DNA of 64,000 nt from Clostridia bacterium (GTDB taxonomy: Bacteria; Bacillota; Clostridia; Christensenellales; CAG-138), in contig JAVVVD010000004.1 of NCBI GenBank assembly GCA_036652795.1, positions 46,842 to 110,841 on the forward strand, read 5' to 3'. Below the pieces are notes generated by a model, which was not told the DNA's origin, did not search any database, and worked only from the letters and a program-made list of their open reading frames with translations. A program made the position numbers and the translations under genes. The stretch's first letter is position 1; every line of letters begins with the position of its first letter. Shown here piece by piece: positions 9,684 to 19,129 of this stretch.

Positions 9684-11594
9684 TTACATACAGTCTTCAA
9701 ACAGCGCCAAGGACTCCCCCATTGGCATGGGCCTTGCAAAGTAATAGCCTTGTATCGCATCGCATGAAAGCTTGGTTAATATATCGGCCTGAGCTTTTTC
9801 CTCAACGCCTTCAGAAATAATTGTTTTATTAAGGCTTTTGAACATGGGGATCAGCGCGCTTATAAACGTACTATCGGCAACCACATTATCGATTATGCTC
9901 TTATCCAGCTTTACAAATGTAAATGGCAGATTTATCAAATATGATATGTTGGAATATCCCTGCCCATAATCATCAAGTGCAAATGTGATACCATACTCAT
10001 TAAGCCCTTTCATCGCCGTCTTTATATCGTCGAACGAATCGGCAATTATACTTTCAGTAATTTCAATTTTAATAAGCTTGGGTGACACCCCATAGTTTTC
10101 TATTATGGTTTTAACCTTTTCGACCATATCATTTTGCATAAATTGTATCACAGAAAAATTGACTGAGATTGAAACCTTGTCCTGCATAATTTTGCGATTT
10201 TCCTTTAAAAACGCGCACACCTTCTCAAGCACACAATAGGTAATCTCAACAATTTGGCCTGTTTCCTCCGCAATTGGAACGAATTCGGCAGCAGGTATAT
10301 TCCCTAATGCCGGGTCGTTCAACCGCAAAAGCGCTTCACCAAATAGGAATTGTCTTTTTTCGATGTGATAAATTGGCTGTATGTAAACCTCAAATGATTG
10401 GTTTTCTATTGCACTTGTCAGCGCGCTCACTATCTCATGCCGGCGTTTAAATTGATTTACCAGCGCTTCGTTAAAAAACGTGATCTGACCCCTCTCGCGT
10501 TTTTTCGCCTGATAAATTGCGAAGTCCATTGCTGAAATAATCGAATCATTTTTATCCGTCGCCTTATCCTGATATTCCACCACACCAAGACAGGTCGAAA
10601 CCGTATACTCTATGTTTTCAATATAAAACGATTCTTTGAACCGATCCATAATCGTATTTGCAAGCTTTAGCGCTGCTTGTTCGTCAGCTCTTCTTAAAAT
10701 TAACGTAAATATATCGCCGCCATATCGATAGGCAGTCTTGCTAGGCGAAATGCTTATGAAATACTCCGCGATTTTGCAAAGCAACATATCTCCTGTTTTT
10801 TGTCCAAATATCTGATTGAACAGCTTAAAATCGTCCAATGCAGCAACCAGAATATAACCATGCTCTCTTCCTTTTGTAAGTCTTTCAACGGCAATGGAGA
10901 ATGACATCCTGTTGTTAAGCCCCGTTAAGTTATCCCTTGTTGCTTTGCGATTTTGCAGGAACATATAGGTGATTAATAGTATTAGAGTAAACGCCGACCC
11001 GGTAATCAGATATCCACTCCAAAGCTCCTGCATTATAACCCCAAGTCCAGCGATAATCGGGAAAGTTGACAGTACAATGCTTGTGGTTCGCTCCGTTTTT
11101 TTGAAATTTACGCAAGCCAGAATCAATGTTGCTAAGCTGTATCCATAAAACACAATGAAAATAACGTTGAATAGCGCACCTCGCGCATATTCATTGACCG
11201 CGGAAAGCTGAAACATCCAGCCTGTATATGGATTGGATAATACTACCATCAAATAAGCAATATAAGGTATCACGTTGATAAGCAAATAACTGGTTTTAAT
11301 TCTGGCGGCTCTGTTTACGACGGCGATCGCATATAATTGCCATAGCATAGAGAGCATAGGCGTTAAAACAAAATACAGCAGCAATGTGATTTGTGTAAAC
11401 CACCACGATGCCGTATGATAGCTGACCATTGCTGCACTGGAAATAATGTCTGATATTATCGCACATATTGTTACTGCCGCTATGGCAACGAACAGCTTGT
11501 CCTTAAGAACTTTAACTGTATTCGTCTTGATAATGTCGGCCATAATTACAAGCATGAATGCCAATGATATTATTTCCGCATCAATATGCCACAT
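9684..11594 (-). CDS. Membrane sensor with a degenerate GGDEF (GGDIF) domain and an intact EAL domain
   Basis: About 7 N-terminal TMs. RDNLTGLNNR and YGGDIF mark the GGDEF domain. EALLRL, DDYGQGYSN, KLDKS and SEGVE mark the EAL domain. Confidence 0.9.
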   Translation of the reverse strand: MWHIDAEIISLAFMLVIMADIIKTNTVKVLKDKLFVAIAAVTICAIISDIISSAAMVSYHTASWWFTQITLLLYFVLTPMLSMLWQLYAIAVVNRAARIKTSYLLINVIPYIAYLMVVLSNPYTGWMFQLSAVNEYARGALFNVIFIVFYGYSLATLILACVNFKKTERTTSIVLSTFPIIAGLGVIMQELWSGYLITGSAFTLILLITYMFLQNRKATRDNLTGLNNRMSFSIAVERLTKGREHGYILVAALDDFKLFNQIFGQKTGDMLLCKIAEYFISISPSKTAYRYGGDIFTLILRRADEQAALKLANTIMDRFKESFYIENIEYTVSTCLGVVEYQDKATDKNDSIISAMDFAIYQAKKRERGQITFFNEALVNQFKRRHEIVSALTSAIENQSFEVYIQPIYHIEKRQFLFGEALLRLNDPALGNIPAAEFVPIAEETGQIVEITYCVLEKVCAFLKENRKIMQDKVSISVNFSVIQFMQNDMVEKVKTIIENYGVSPKLIKIEITESIIADSFDDIKTAMKGLNEYGITFALDDYGQGYSNISYLINLPFTFVKLDKSIIDNVVADSTFISALIPMFKSLNKTIISEGVEEKAQADILTKLSCDAIQGYYFARPMPMGESLALFEDCM

Positions 11595-11981
11595 AATGCC
11601 ATCTCTTCCTAAATTATGTAAGAATTCTGTATTAGAATATCACATTAAAAACATAAATGAAAGCATGCTATGCATTATATAATATCGTCTATCATTTGCA
11701 GCATCAGCGTGCATACAAATAATTTAAAATATCACATTCCACCCGCATATTGCCCACAGTAGCTTAAGTATTTAAGACCATATTTTTCGATTGAGCCGTG
11801 CAAAAGCTCATTCGCTTTTCAGCAATATTCTGTATTTTATTTTGTGATGAAGCTACTTATTTAGTCAGCGCCTCTTTGAACCATATAAAGAGACTGCTTC
11901 AGTCAATTGGATTGGTTTACTTTTTATGATAATGGTAGAAAAATGGCTGTTGCACTTTGGCGCGCGTTATGCTACATAACC

Positions 11982-12857
11982 TCACTTGCTGTCTGTTGTT
12001 GCGAAATAAGTTCCTGTAATCATAATCACAAGCGCAACAACAAAGGTAACGCTCGGCAATTCTCCGAATATAACAAGTGAAAGTGCCACCCCTATGAATG
12101 GAGCAACAGCATAATATGCACTTGTTTTCGCTGCGCCAAGCTCTCGTTGGGCGTGGATATAGAAGAAAATGCTTAATCCATATGCCACAAACCCCAGTAA
12201 TAATGTGGCGAGAATATACCATATGTTTGTTGTTGTTTCTCCAAGTATAAAAGCAATTAGCAAAGAACCAAGTCCGGAGAAAAAACCTTTGATAACCACA
12301 ATTTGCAATGGATTTTTTGCAGAAATCATGCGTGTACAATTGTTTTCAAATCCCCAGCAAACACAAGCTAAAAGAACAAAGATTGAGCCATAGGAAAAAG
12401 AAAAACTGCTCATGTCTTCAATTGACAGCAAAATGCTGGAGATGGTAACAAGTACAATGGCAAGCCAAAGCCTTTTTGATATAGACTCCTTGAATATGAA
12501 TAGCGCAATGACACCAGTTGCTACAATTTCAAAGTTGTTGAGCAATGATGCATTTGCCGCTGTTGTCATAGAAAGTCCTATCATTAAGAAAATTGGTGCG
12601 GCAATATCCAGTACCACCATTCCGATTATAAATGGTAAATCTTTTTTGGTAAGAGATACTTCCTTGGGTTGATTGCCTGCTTTTTTTTGAATAAGGCCAA
12701 TTATGAAAAGACCAATTCCGGCACCCAGATATAAAAGTGCGGCCATCATAGTTGGAGGAATTTTTCTTAACAGCAGCTTTGAAAAAGGTGAGTTTATTGC
12801 ATACAATGCCGCTGCCAAAATGGCATAAAATATTGCTATGCTTTGTTTTGATTTCAT
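11982..12857 (-). CDS. DMT/EamA family transporter
   Basis: 291 aa, 10-TM pattern as two EamA-like halves (AALYAINSPFSKLLL...). Confidence 0.8.
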   Translation of the reverse strand: MKSKQSIAIFYAILAAALYAINSPFSKLLLRKIPPTMMAALLYLGAGIGLFIIGLIQKKAGNQPKEVSLTKKDLPFIIGMVVLDIAAPIFLMIGLSMTTAANASLLNNFEIVATGVIALFIFKESISKRLWLAIVLVTISSILLSIEDMSSFSFSYGSIFVLLACVCWGFENNCTRMISAKNPLQIVVIKGFFSGLGSLLIAFILGETTTNIWYILATLLLGFVAYGLSIFFYIHAQRELGAAKTSAYYAVAPFIGVALSLVIFGELPSVTFVVALVIMITGTYFATTDSK

Positions 12858-12966
12858 CTGCTCCCCCTATTTCATAAACTTATCAATGGCAACAGCTAAA
12901 TCCTCAAGCACTTTTTTAACATAGAAAAAGACCCATTTTCACTTGACGGAAAACAGGTCTTTATCC

Positions 12967-13043
12967 TGGCGCGCCCAGAGGGATTCGAACCCCCGACCTT
13001 CTGGTCCGTAGCCAAACGCTCTATCCAGCTGAGCCATGGGCGC
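12967..13043 (-). tRNA. tRNA-Arg (anticodon ACG)
   Basis: Reverse complement folds as a cloverleaf: GCGCCCA acceptor, anticodon loop CTACGGA, TTCGAAT T-loop, encoded CCA. Confidence 0.95.
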
Positions 13044-13119
13044 ACACTGCTGAAATACCCACATTCGCAACCAGTACATCATATATGACAAGTTGCGGAT
13101 ACGCTTTTCATGCTTTGCT

Positions 13120-13148
13120 ATTGTAGCGCATCAGACATCGAATGTCAA
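13120..13148 (-). promoter_or_regulatory. Sigma-A-type promoter for tRNA-Arg
   Basis: Minus strand reads TTGACA-17 nt-TACAAT, about 70 nt upstream of the mature 5' end. Confidence 0.6.
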
Positions 13149-13179
13149 GCAATTCATGCCAACGCATCCAAAATTGCTG

Positions 13180-13208
13180 TTGATTTTTTGTACAGCTTAG
13201 TGTATAGT
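13180..13208 (+). promoter_or_regulatory. Sigma-A-type promoter for tRNA-Ala
   Basis: TTGATT-17 nt-TATAGT, ending 12 nt before the tRNA 5' end. Confidence 0.55.
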
Positions 13209-13220
13209 ATTCACATTCGC

Positions 13221-13296
13221 GGGGCATTAGCTAAGTTGGTATAGCGCTGCGTTCGCAATGCAGAGGCCAGGAGTTCGAGTCTCCTATGCTCCACCA
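13221..13296 (+). tRNA. tRNA-Ala (anticodon CGC)
   Basis: Cloverleaf with G3:U70 Ala identity pair, anticodon loop TTCGCAA, TTCGAGT T-loop, encoded CCA. Confidence 0.95.
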
Positions 13297-13359
13297 AACA
13301 GTGCAAATACGAACTATTTCTTCTTTGTGAAGAACGTGTTCGGATTTGTCATAGAAATA

Positions 13360-13397
13360 CCGGGGAAGGTGTAACGCCGTCCCCGGTTTTCTTTTTT
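13360..13397 (+). terminator. Intrinsic terminator after tRNA-Ala
   Basis: CCGGGGA...TCCCCGG stem followed by TTTTCTTTTTT. Confidence 0.75.
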
Positions 13398-13467
13398 ATA
13401 TATTTTTTGATTCGCCGCTATCCGTTTTTAGCTTTTCAAGAGCTTTTTTCAGCGCACCCGGCACACG

Positions 13468-13496
13468 AAAAAGACCAGATTATATCTGGTCTTTTT
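13468..13496. terminator. Bidirectional hairpin terminator downstream of the kdpE-like gene
   Basis: AAAAAGACCAGAT-TATA-TCTGGTCTTTTT, with A-run and T-run flanks. Confidence 0.75.
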
Positions 13497-13627
13497 GTAT
13501 CATATAAATTGAAAATACGCGCTCAAGTAAACATTATATTAGTTCATCGAATGGGCTATCACAATCTGAGCCGCACGCTGTATAATTGTCATTTTGCACT
13601 GCGCTGTTACCCCATCGCGTATCCGGA

Positions 13628-14347
13628 CTATTCCGATATCACCTTATCGCCAGTAAGCCTAAGCATACGGTAGCCTATCCCGACGTGGGTTTGTATCAGC
13701 TTTTGTCCCAGCGGTATTTCAACCTTTTTACGCAGCGTTGCCATGTATACGCGCAGCGATGGCGTATCCTCCGGCAGCGTATTCTGCCAAACCTCTTTGA
13801 TAAAGCAATTGTGCGTCAGCACCTTACCCACATTGCGCGCCATAAGGCACAATAGTTTATATTCCACAGGCGTAAGATGCAGCTCTTCATCGTCTATATA
13901 TGTGCAACCCGCGGCATAATCCACCCTAAGCCGCCCATTTGTGAACACCGCTTCATCTGCGGGTGAAAAATCACGCATATACTGCAAGCGTCTGAGCGCC
14001 ACGCGCAGCCTGGCAAGCAGTTCGTCCACGCTGAATGGTTTGGTCAGGTAATCATCCGCGCCAGCGTCAAGCGCCGCAATCTTATCCGTATCATCGCTTC
14101 TGGAGCTTACTATTATAATTGGCATATTAGACCATGAACGCGTTTTTTTAATAACCTCAAGTCCATCCATGTCAGGAAGCCCCAGATCCAATATCATAAG
14201 ATCCGGTTGATGCGATACAGATGCAAGTATGGCGGCATTCCCCGTTTCTGCCGACTGATAGCGGTATCCCTGAGAATCCAGCGTAAGCGTAATAAGATTG
14301 CGCACTGGCTTATCATCCTCCACAACAAGAACAAGTGGTTTATTCAT
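13628..14347 (-). CDS. kdpE: OmpR-family response regulator, KdpE-like
   Basis: Receiver domain (LVVEDD, DLMILDLGLPDMDG, KPF) plus winged-helix output. Overlaps the kinase gene by 8 nt. Confidence 0.8.
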   Translation of the reverse strand: MNKPLVLVVEDDKPVRNLITLTLDSQGYRYQSAETGNAAILASVSHQPDLMILDLGLPDMDGLEVIKKTRSWSNMPIIIVSSRSDDTDKIAALDAGADDYLTKPFSVDELLARLRVALRRLQYMRDFSPADEAVFTNGRLRVDYAAGCTYIDDEELHLTPVEYKLLCLMARNVGKVLTHNCFIKEVWQNTLPEDTPSLRVYMATLRKKVEIPLGQKLIQTHVGIGYRMLRLTGDKVISE

Positions 14348-16313
14348 CTATGGATACCTCCTCGCGTATAAGTGAAAATGTGAAAACCGCTCCGTGCGGG
14401 ACGTTGTTGTATACCCATATATCGCCACCATGTGCCCTTACGATAGAGCGGCACAGTGCCAAGCCCAGTCCCAAGCCGCGTCTGCCATCGCCCCTATGGC
14501 TGTTGCCGGTGGAGAACATGTCAAAAATGCTATCCTTGCTTTCGTCTGAAACGCCACCGCCATCGTCCGCAACCGATATAAGCACGTTATCACCCTCACA
14601 CTTGCCGGAAAGAACTATGTTTGACCCTGCCGGCGTATACTTTATCGCATTATCTATCAGATTTACCAACACCTGAATTATAAGCGGCGCATCCATGCGC
14701 GCCATCAAAAGCTCCTCCCCCTGTTCAATGGTTATATGGTAAGCTGTGCCCTTTCTACCCAGATGTGATACGGCCTCCTCCATAACATCAAACACCATCT
14801 CAGGCTTCATGTGCAGTTTTAGCGAGCTATCGTCCATGCGCGTTATGGACAAAAGGTTTTCCACAAGGTTGATAAGCCATATAGAGTCGTCATATATGTC
14901 CAAATACAATGCCCGTTTTTGCTTGTTGCCCAGCGAAATATCTGCATTTAGCAGCATATCTGCATTCCCGGATATGCTTGTGAGCGGTGTGCGCAGATCA
15001 TGCGATATCGATCTGAGCAAATTCGCCCGCAGCTGCTCCTGTTGAGCGGTGAGCATAAGCGCATTCTTTGCTTCATCCAGCTTTTGTTTTTCAAGCGCAA
15101 GCCCACACTCGCCAAGAAGGGCAAGCAGCAGGCTTTTATCGAACGCCTCCAGCGTATCGTCTGTTTCCATCATAATGCCTGCGACTGCATGGACGGTTGT
15201 ATGGCCGCGAACGGCAAAATACAGGCAGCACGCATCAGGATAGGTTTTTGTGGTTTTGCCGGCATGTCTATTGTTTTTAAGCACCCACATGGCAGCGTCC
15301 ATTTCTTTTTGAGCCGAAAGATCCTCAAGCTTATCTGCGGATACGCCATCCGCACCAAAGAGCAGCGGAGTGCCTAGCTGCTCATGTGAAGCTGGATATA
15401 TAAGCACAACACGATCAAGCAGCTTGTTGAGCTGCTTGGCTGTTTCTGCAAGTATTTCATCTATGCTCTGCGCCTGCTGAAGGTTGCGGCTGGCTGTAAG
15501 AAGCACCTCTGTGCGGTAAGCCTTTTGCGCACTGCTTTTTGCTTGCTGCTTTGCCTTAGCGGTAATTGAGCTTGTGAGTATGGCGGCAATAAACATGATT
15601 ATAAACGTGAGCGGATAGCCTGTACCATATGCCTGCAAGGTAAATCTCGGCTCGGTGAACAGGTAGTTAAACACGATAACGCTCAATACCGAGGATGCAA
15701 CACCATACCCCGTGCCATCCGTCAGATATGCGGCGAACAACACAGAAAGAATATATACCGTAATGATATTTGCGTCTGTGAATCCAAGCTTTTTAAGCGT
15801 TAATCCGATCAGCGTGGCGATTATGAGCAGTGCGGCTACCATTATGGCGGATCTCCATGAAAAAGGCTTTTTTTGCACCAGCTTTTCATTTTGATCCGTG
15901 TATGGTGGCAGCGCATCCGGTATTATATACACTTCAAGCTCCGGCACAAGCAATATAAGGTGTTCAGTAAGGGTGGGTTTATTAAACAGCAATCTGCGCT
16001 TGTGGTTGGAGCGGCCGATAACGATCTTTGTAATCCCGGCAGCCTTTGCATATTCCGATATCTGCGTCGGTATGTCGTCACCATATACCGACGCGATATG
16101 CGCGCCATATTTTTCGGCCGCACGGATACTTTTGTTTAGCCAATCCTTGATTTCGTGGTTGGTCTGCGCCGCAGGCGTTTCTACATACAGCGCGGTAAGC
16201 TCTGCGTCAAAGGCGTGCGCCATCTTGTATGCCGCCAGAACAACCTTGTTATTTGACGGCGATGGCGACAGGCACACCAATATATGTTCTTTCATTCTAC
16301 CCACTGCTTCCAT
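14340..16313 (-). CDS. kdpD: KdpD-family sensor histidine kinase lacking the N-terminal KdpD P-loop domain
   Basis: Usp-like module (ILVCLSPSPSNNKVVLAAYKMA...ALYVETP), TM block, HisKA H-box SISHDLRTPLTSI, HATPase N/G boxes (LIDNAIKYTP, GLGLGLALC). Start is 16313 or 16295. Confidence 0.8.
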   Translation of the reverse strand: MEAVGRMKEHILVCLSPSPSNNKVVLAAYKMAHAFDAELTALYVETPAAQTNHEIKDWLNKSIRAAEKYGAHIASVYGDDIPTQISEYAKAAGITKIVIGRSNHKRRLLFNKPTLTEHLILLVPELEVYIIPDALPPYTDQNEKLVQKKPFSWRSAIMVAALLIIATLIGLTLKKLGFTDANIITVYILSVLFAAYLTDGTGYGVASSVLSVIVFNYLFTEPRFTLQAYGTGYPLTFIIMFIAAILTSSITAKAKQQAKSSAQKAYRTEVLLTASRNLQQAQSIDEILAETAKQLNKLLDRVVLIYPASHEQLGTPLLFGADGVSADKLEDLSAQKEMDAAMWVLKNNRHAGKTTKTYPDACCLYFAVRGHTTVHAVAGIMMETDDTLEAFDKSLLLALLGECGLALEKQKLDEAKNALMLTAQQEQLRANLLRSISHDLRTPLTSISGNADMLLNADISLGNKQKRALYLDIYDDSIWLINLVENLLSITRMDDSSLKLHMKPEMVFDVMEEAVSHLGRKGTAYHITIEQGEELLMARMDAPLIIQVLVNLIDNAIKYTPAGSNIVLSGKCEGDNVLISVADDGGGVSDESKDSIFDMFSTGNSHRGDGRRGLGLGLALCRSIVRAHGGDIWVYNNVPHGAVFTFSLIREEVSIDE

Positions 16314-16340
16314 AGCACAACGCCTTTTGTTTTAATTATA

Positions 16341-16823
16341 TCACCTATACTTTCTGATTACGAGTACAACCATTGCCGCCGCCCCAATAACAAGTACACA
16401 TGTAAAAACCAAATAAAGCTGCGAGTATTCGTGCTGCTCGGCATATCCTTTTTGAATGATATTCAACCCATCAGCATGGATATCCATGTCGCCGCCATGT
16501 TGGGCGCAGGCACGGTGGAATATACCATCCACCGCCACTACATCGCCCTTTTGTCCGTATTTTCCCATATGGGTTATGGCATTTGTGGCTTCTGTTGGCG
16601 CATATACGCTGATGGTGTTATTTCCATCCGTTATACTCACCCACGCCGATTCCCCGCGCAGCAGGATATCGCCCACCACTTCGCCTGTATATGATACCAT
16701 GCTCTCATCAAGCGCCTTTGCGTTTTCTATAAGCTGCGTGCTTGAAACACTCGCATCCGCCGCCTGCGCAGTAACCGGAAACAGCAGCAGCAAAGCGGCC
16801 ATCGCATAATATTTTAATCGCAT
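16341..16823 (-). CDS. Secreted, C-terminally anchored protein with an OB-fold-like (BOF/YgiW-like) core
   Basis: Signal peptide MRLKYYAMAALLLLFPVTAQA, C-terminal TM plus RKYR. Start overlaps the trkH stop. The fold assignment is weak. Confidence 0.5.
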   Translation of the reverse strand: MRLKYYAMAALLLLFPVTAQAADASVSSTQLIENAKALDESMVSYTGEVVGDILLRGESAWVSITDGNNTISVYAPTEATNAITHMGKYGQKGDVVAVDGIFHRACAQHGGDMDIHADGLNIIQKGYAEQHEYSQLYLVFTCVLVIGAAAMVVLVIRKYR

Positions 16824-18325
16824 TTTCTTCTAGCCTTTCTGACGCAGTATGCCCCAAGCGCCAATACGGACATGAACTCAAGGCGTGCAAGCCACATTAT
16901 GATTATGTATGTAATCTTAAGGAAGGCAGGCATCACGCTCGATGTCACGCCTATGCTTAACCCAACGTTGCCCGTAACAGAGGCCGATTCAAACGCCGCC
17001 ATACCAAACGGATACCCCGCCAGCATACCGGCAAGAGTCCCCAGCGAAAACGTGACAACATAGGCGGTCACAATCAAAAACGCGCTCCTTACCACCGCAT
17101 CGCTAAGCACCACATCCCTGATATGATGTATCTTTTGCTCGCTCACGCGGGATTCCGGCAGCATCATGCGGCGTATTTCGGTTTTAAAGGTGGTAAATAT
17201 TATGCCTGTGCGCAATCCTTTAAAGCCACCCGCCGTAGAGCAGGCGCTACCGCCCAGCAGCATGGATATAATTATCGCGAACAGCGCAATATCGCCCCAT
17301 TCAAGATAAAACTGCTTGGCATAGACGGTCATGAAGCCTGTGGTGGTATGCCCCGATATAAGCTGATAAAAGCCCTTGCGAAACATTGCAACCGCATCGG
17401 GATATACGTTTTCACGCATAAGCCCAATTGTAGTGATAAGCACAAGCAACGTGCAGGTTGTGGCAAAGGTAACCGTTTCTATATTTTTGCGCAGCTCCCT
17501 GTGATTGCCTGAAAGCACCGCATGATGCAGCGCAAAGTTGAATGAGCCTATCACAAAAAACACCACCGTAGCAAGTTCAAAAAACGCGCTGTGATAGTAC
17601 AGCATGTTCTGCGACATTGGCGCAAAACCGCCCGTACTCCATGCCGACATGAATATCCACATACCGTGTAAAAACGCACGGCCTACGGGAACCCCTGCCG
17701 ACATAGCCGCAACCCACATCACCAGCGTGCCTACGCCAAGGTATATAAGGCTTATTATCCAGATGCGCCGCGCCGTGCTCACAGCATTTGGGAACAGTCT
17801 CTCATCCTTGCCCTCGCCCACATACATCTTGTAGGCACCGCTGGAATCCTTTGTCAAAAACGTCAGCGCCAGCACCACCATGCCCTGTCCGCCAACAAAC
17901 GTAAGAATATGCCGCCACATGTTTAGACCGTTGGATGCATGGTCCATATCCTGTATCAGCGTTACGCCCGTTGTGGTAAGCCCGCTCATAACATCGAAGC
18001 AGCAATCCAAATAGGAAAGATAGTTGCCCGAAAGATAGTATGGCAGCGCGCAAAGAAGCATCCCTAAAAACCATGATCCCGCAGCCACCACCATCCCCTC
18101 GCCAAAGCTTAGATGCATTGAACGTTGCTTATGGCCAAGCAGCATAAGCGAGCATCCCGTTATTACGGCAATCGATGTCGTAATGGCAAACACCATCGCT
18201 ATGTGCCACTCGCTGCAAATAAGCGCCGTCAAAACCGGCAAAAGTTGGAGAGCGCCAAGCACCACCATTATAATGCCGATAAAATAACATATCGGCAACA
18301 CCTTATTTACGGATTTTTCGATCAT
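16814..18325 (-). CDS. trkH: TrkH/KtrB-family potassium uptake permease
   Basis: 503 aa polytopic protein with repeated selectivity-filter-like TTTG/TGGF/STGG motifs (GLTTTGVT, GHTTTGF, WSTGGF). Confidence 0.9.
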   Translation of the reverse strand: MIEKSVNKVLPICYFIGIIMVVLGALQLLPVLTALICSEWHIAMVFAITTSIAVITGCSLMLLGHKQRSMHLSFGEGMVVAAGSWFLGMLLCALPYYLSGNYLSYLDCCFDVMSGLTTTGVTLIQDMDHASNGLNMWRHILTFVGGQGMVVLALTFLTKDSSGAYKMYVGEGKDERLFPNAVSTARRIWIISLIYLGVGTLVMWVAAMSAGVPVGRAFLHGMWIFMSAWSTGGFAPMSQNMLYYHSAFFELATVVFFVIGSFNFALHHAVLSGNHRELRKNIETVTFATTCTLLVLITTIGLMRENVYPDAVAMFRKGFYQLISGHTTTGFMTVYAKQFYLEWGDIALFAIIISMLLGGSACSTAGGFKGLRTGIIFTTFKTEIRRMMLPESRVSEQKIHHIRDVVLSDAVVRSAFLIVTAYVVTFSLGTLAGMLAGYPFGMAAFESASVTGNVGLSIGVTSSVMPAFLKITYIIIMWLARLEFMSVLALGAYCVRKARRKCD

Positions 18326-18339
18326 ATCACAACCTCACA

Positions 18340-18447
18340 TCAAAACAGGCAAAGCATACTTATGCATATACCGGCGCCTATTGTGCCAAGTGCAAATACG
18401 ATCTCAAGCAAAATGCCCCCTACAGTACCATCAAAATGCCTTTTCAT
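18340..18447 (-). CDS. Candidate 35-aa membrane micro-protein between trkA and trkH
   Basis: ATG preceded by GGGGGG 8 nt upstream. Translation is MKRHFDGTVGGILLEIVFALGTIGAGICISMLCLF, with one hydrophobic helix. It fills the only gap in an otherwise overlapping operon. Too short for the ORF track. Confidence 0.4.
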   Translation of the reverse strand: MKRHFDGTVGGILLEIVFALGTIGAGICISMLCLF

Positions 18448-18460
18448 CTCTCAACCCCCC

Positions 18461-19129
18461 TTATACCCCGTTAAAGCGGAAAACTACCTCGTTTATCTCA
18501 TTTTCCTGCCCCATTATAATTACGCTATCCCCCGTATGCAGCCGCGTGTCTCCGCTTGGTATTATCGCTTCATCGCCGCGGATTACCGAAACTAGTATCA
18601 TTCCCTTGGGCAGCCCCAGCTCCATCAGACACTTTTCGGCAAAGCTGCTTCCGGGCTCCACTGTTGCTTCCCGTATGCGTACACCTGTGGCTTTGCATTT
18701 TAGCAACCGGTTTACGTCCGTCCAATCCAGCTCCTGATTGATTATGCCGGCAATACGCGCCGTGCTGCTTATAACCGAATCCACACCCAGCTTTTCAAAC
18801 ACCCTGATGTTTTTTGGATTGTTCACGCGGGATATGGTGCGTGAAACGCCAAAATACTCCTTTGCCAGCTGGCAGGCAACAAAATTCGTCTGGTCATGCC
18901 CTGTCACAGCTATAAGCGCCTCAGTATGATGTATGCCGGATTCGCGCAGGCAGTTTACATCTGTACCATCGCCGTGGGTAACCTCCACATGCTTGCCGCC
19001 CAGCTCCGCTGCGATTCTTTCGCAATGCTCTAGATTGCTCTCTATCAGCATGATCTCGTGTTTTTCCGCCATCAGCGTTTTTACGAGATAATATCCCACC
19101 TTGCCGCCGCCCACTATTGTGATCTTCAT
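18461..19129 (-). CDS. trkA: TrkA/KtrA regulatory subunit (RCK_N plus RCK_C)
   Basis: MKITIVGGGKVGYYL Rossmann motif and a C-terminal TrkA-C-like region. Confidence 0.88.
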   Translation of the reverse strand: MKITIVGGGKVGYYLVKTLMAEKHEIMLIESNLEHCERIAAELGGKHVEVTHGDGTDVNCLRESGIHHTEALIAVTGHDQTNFVACQLAKEYFGVSRTISRVNNPKNIRVFEKLGVDSVISSTARIAGIINQELDWTDVNRLLKCKATGVRIREATVEPGSSFAEKCLMELGLPKGMILVSVIRGDEAIIPSGDTRLHTGDSVIIMGQENEINEVVFRFNGV

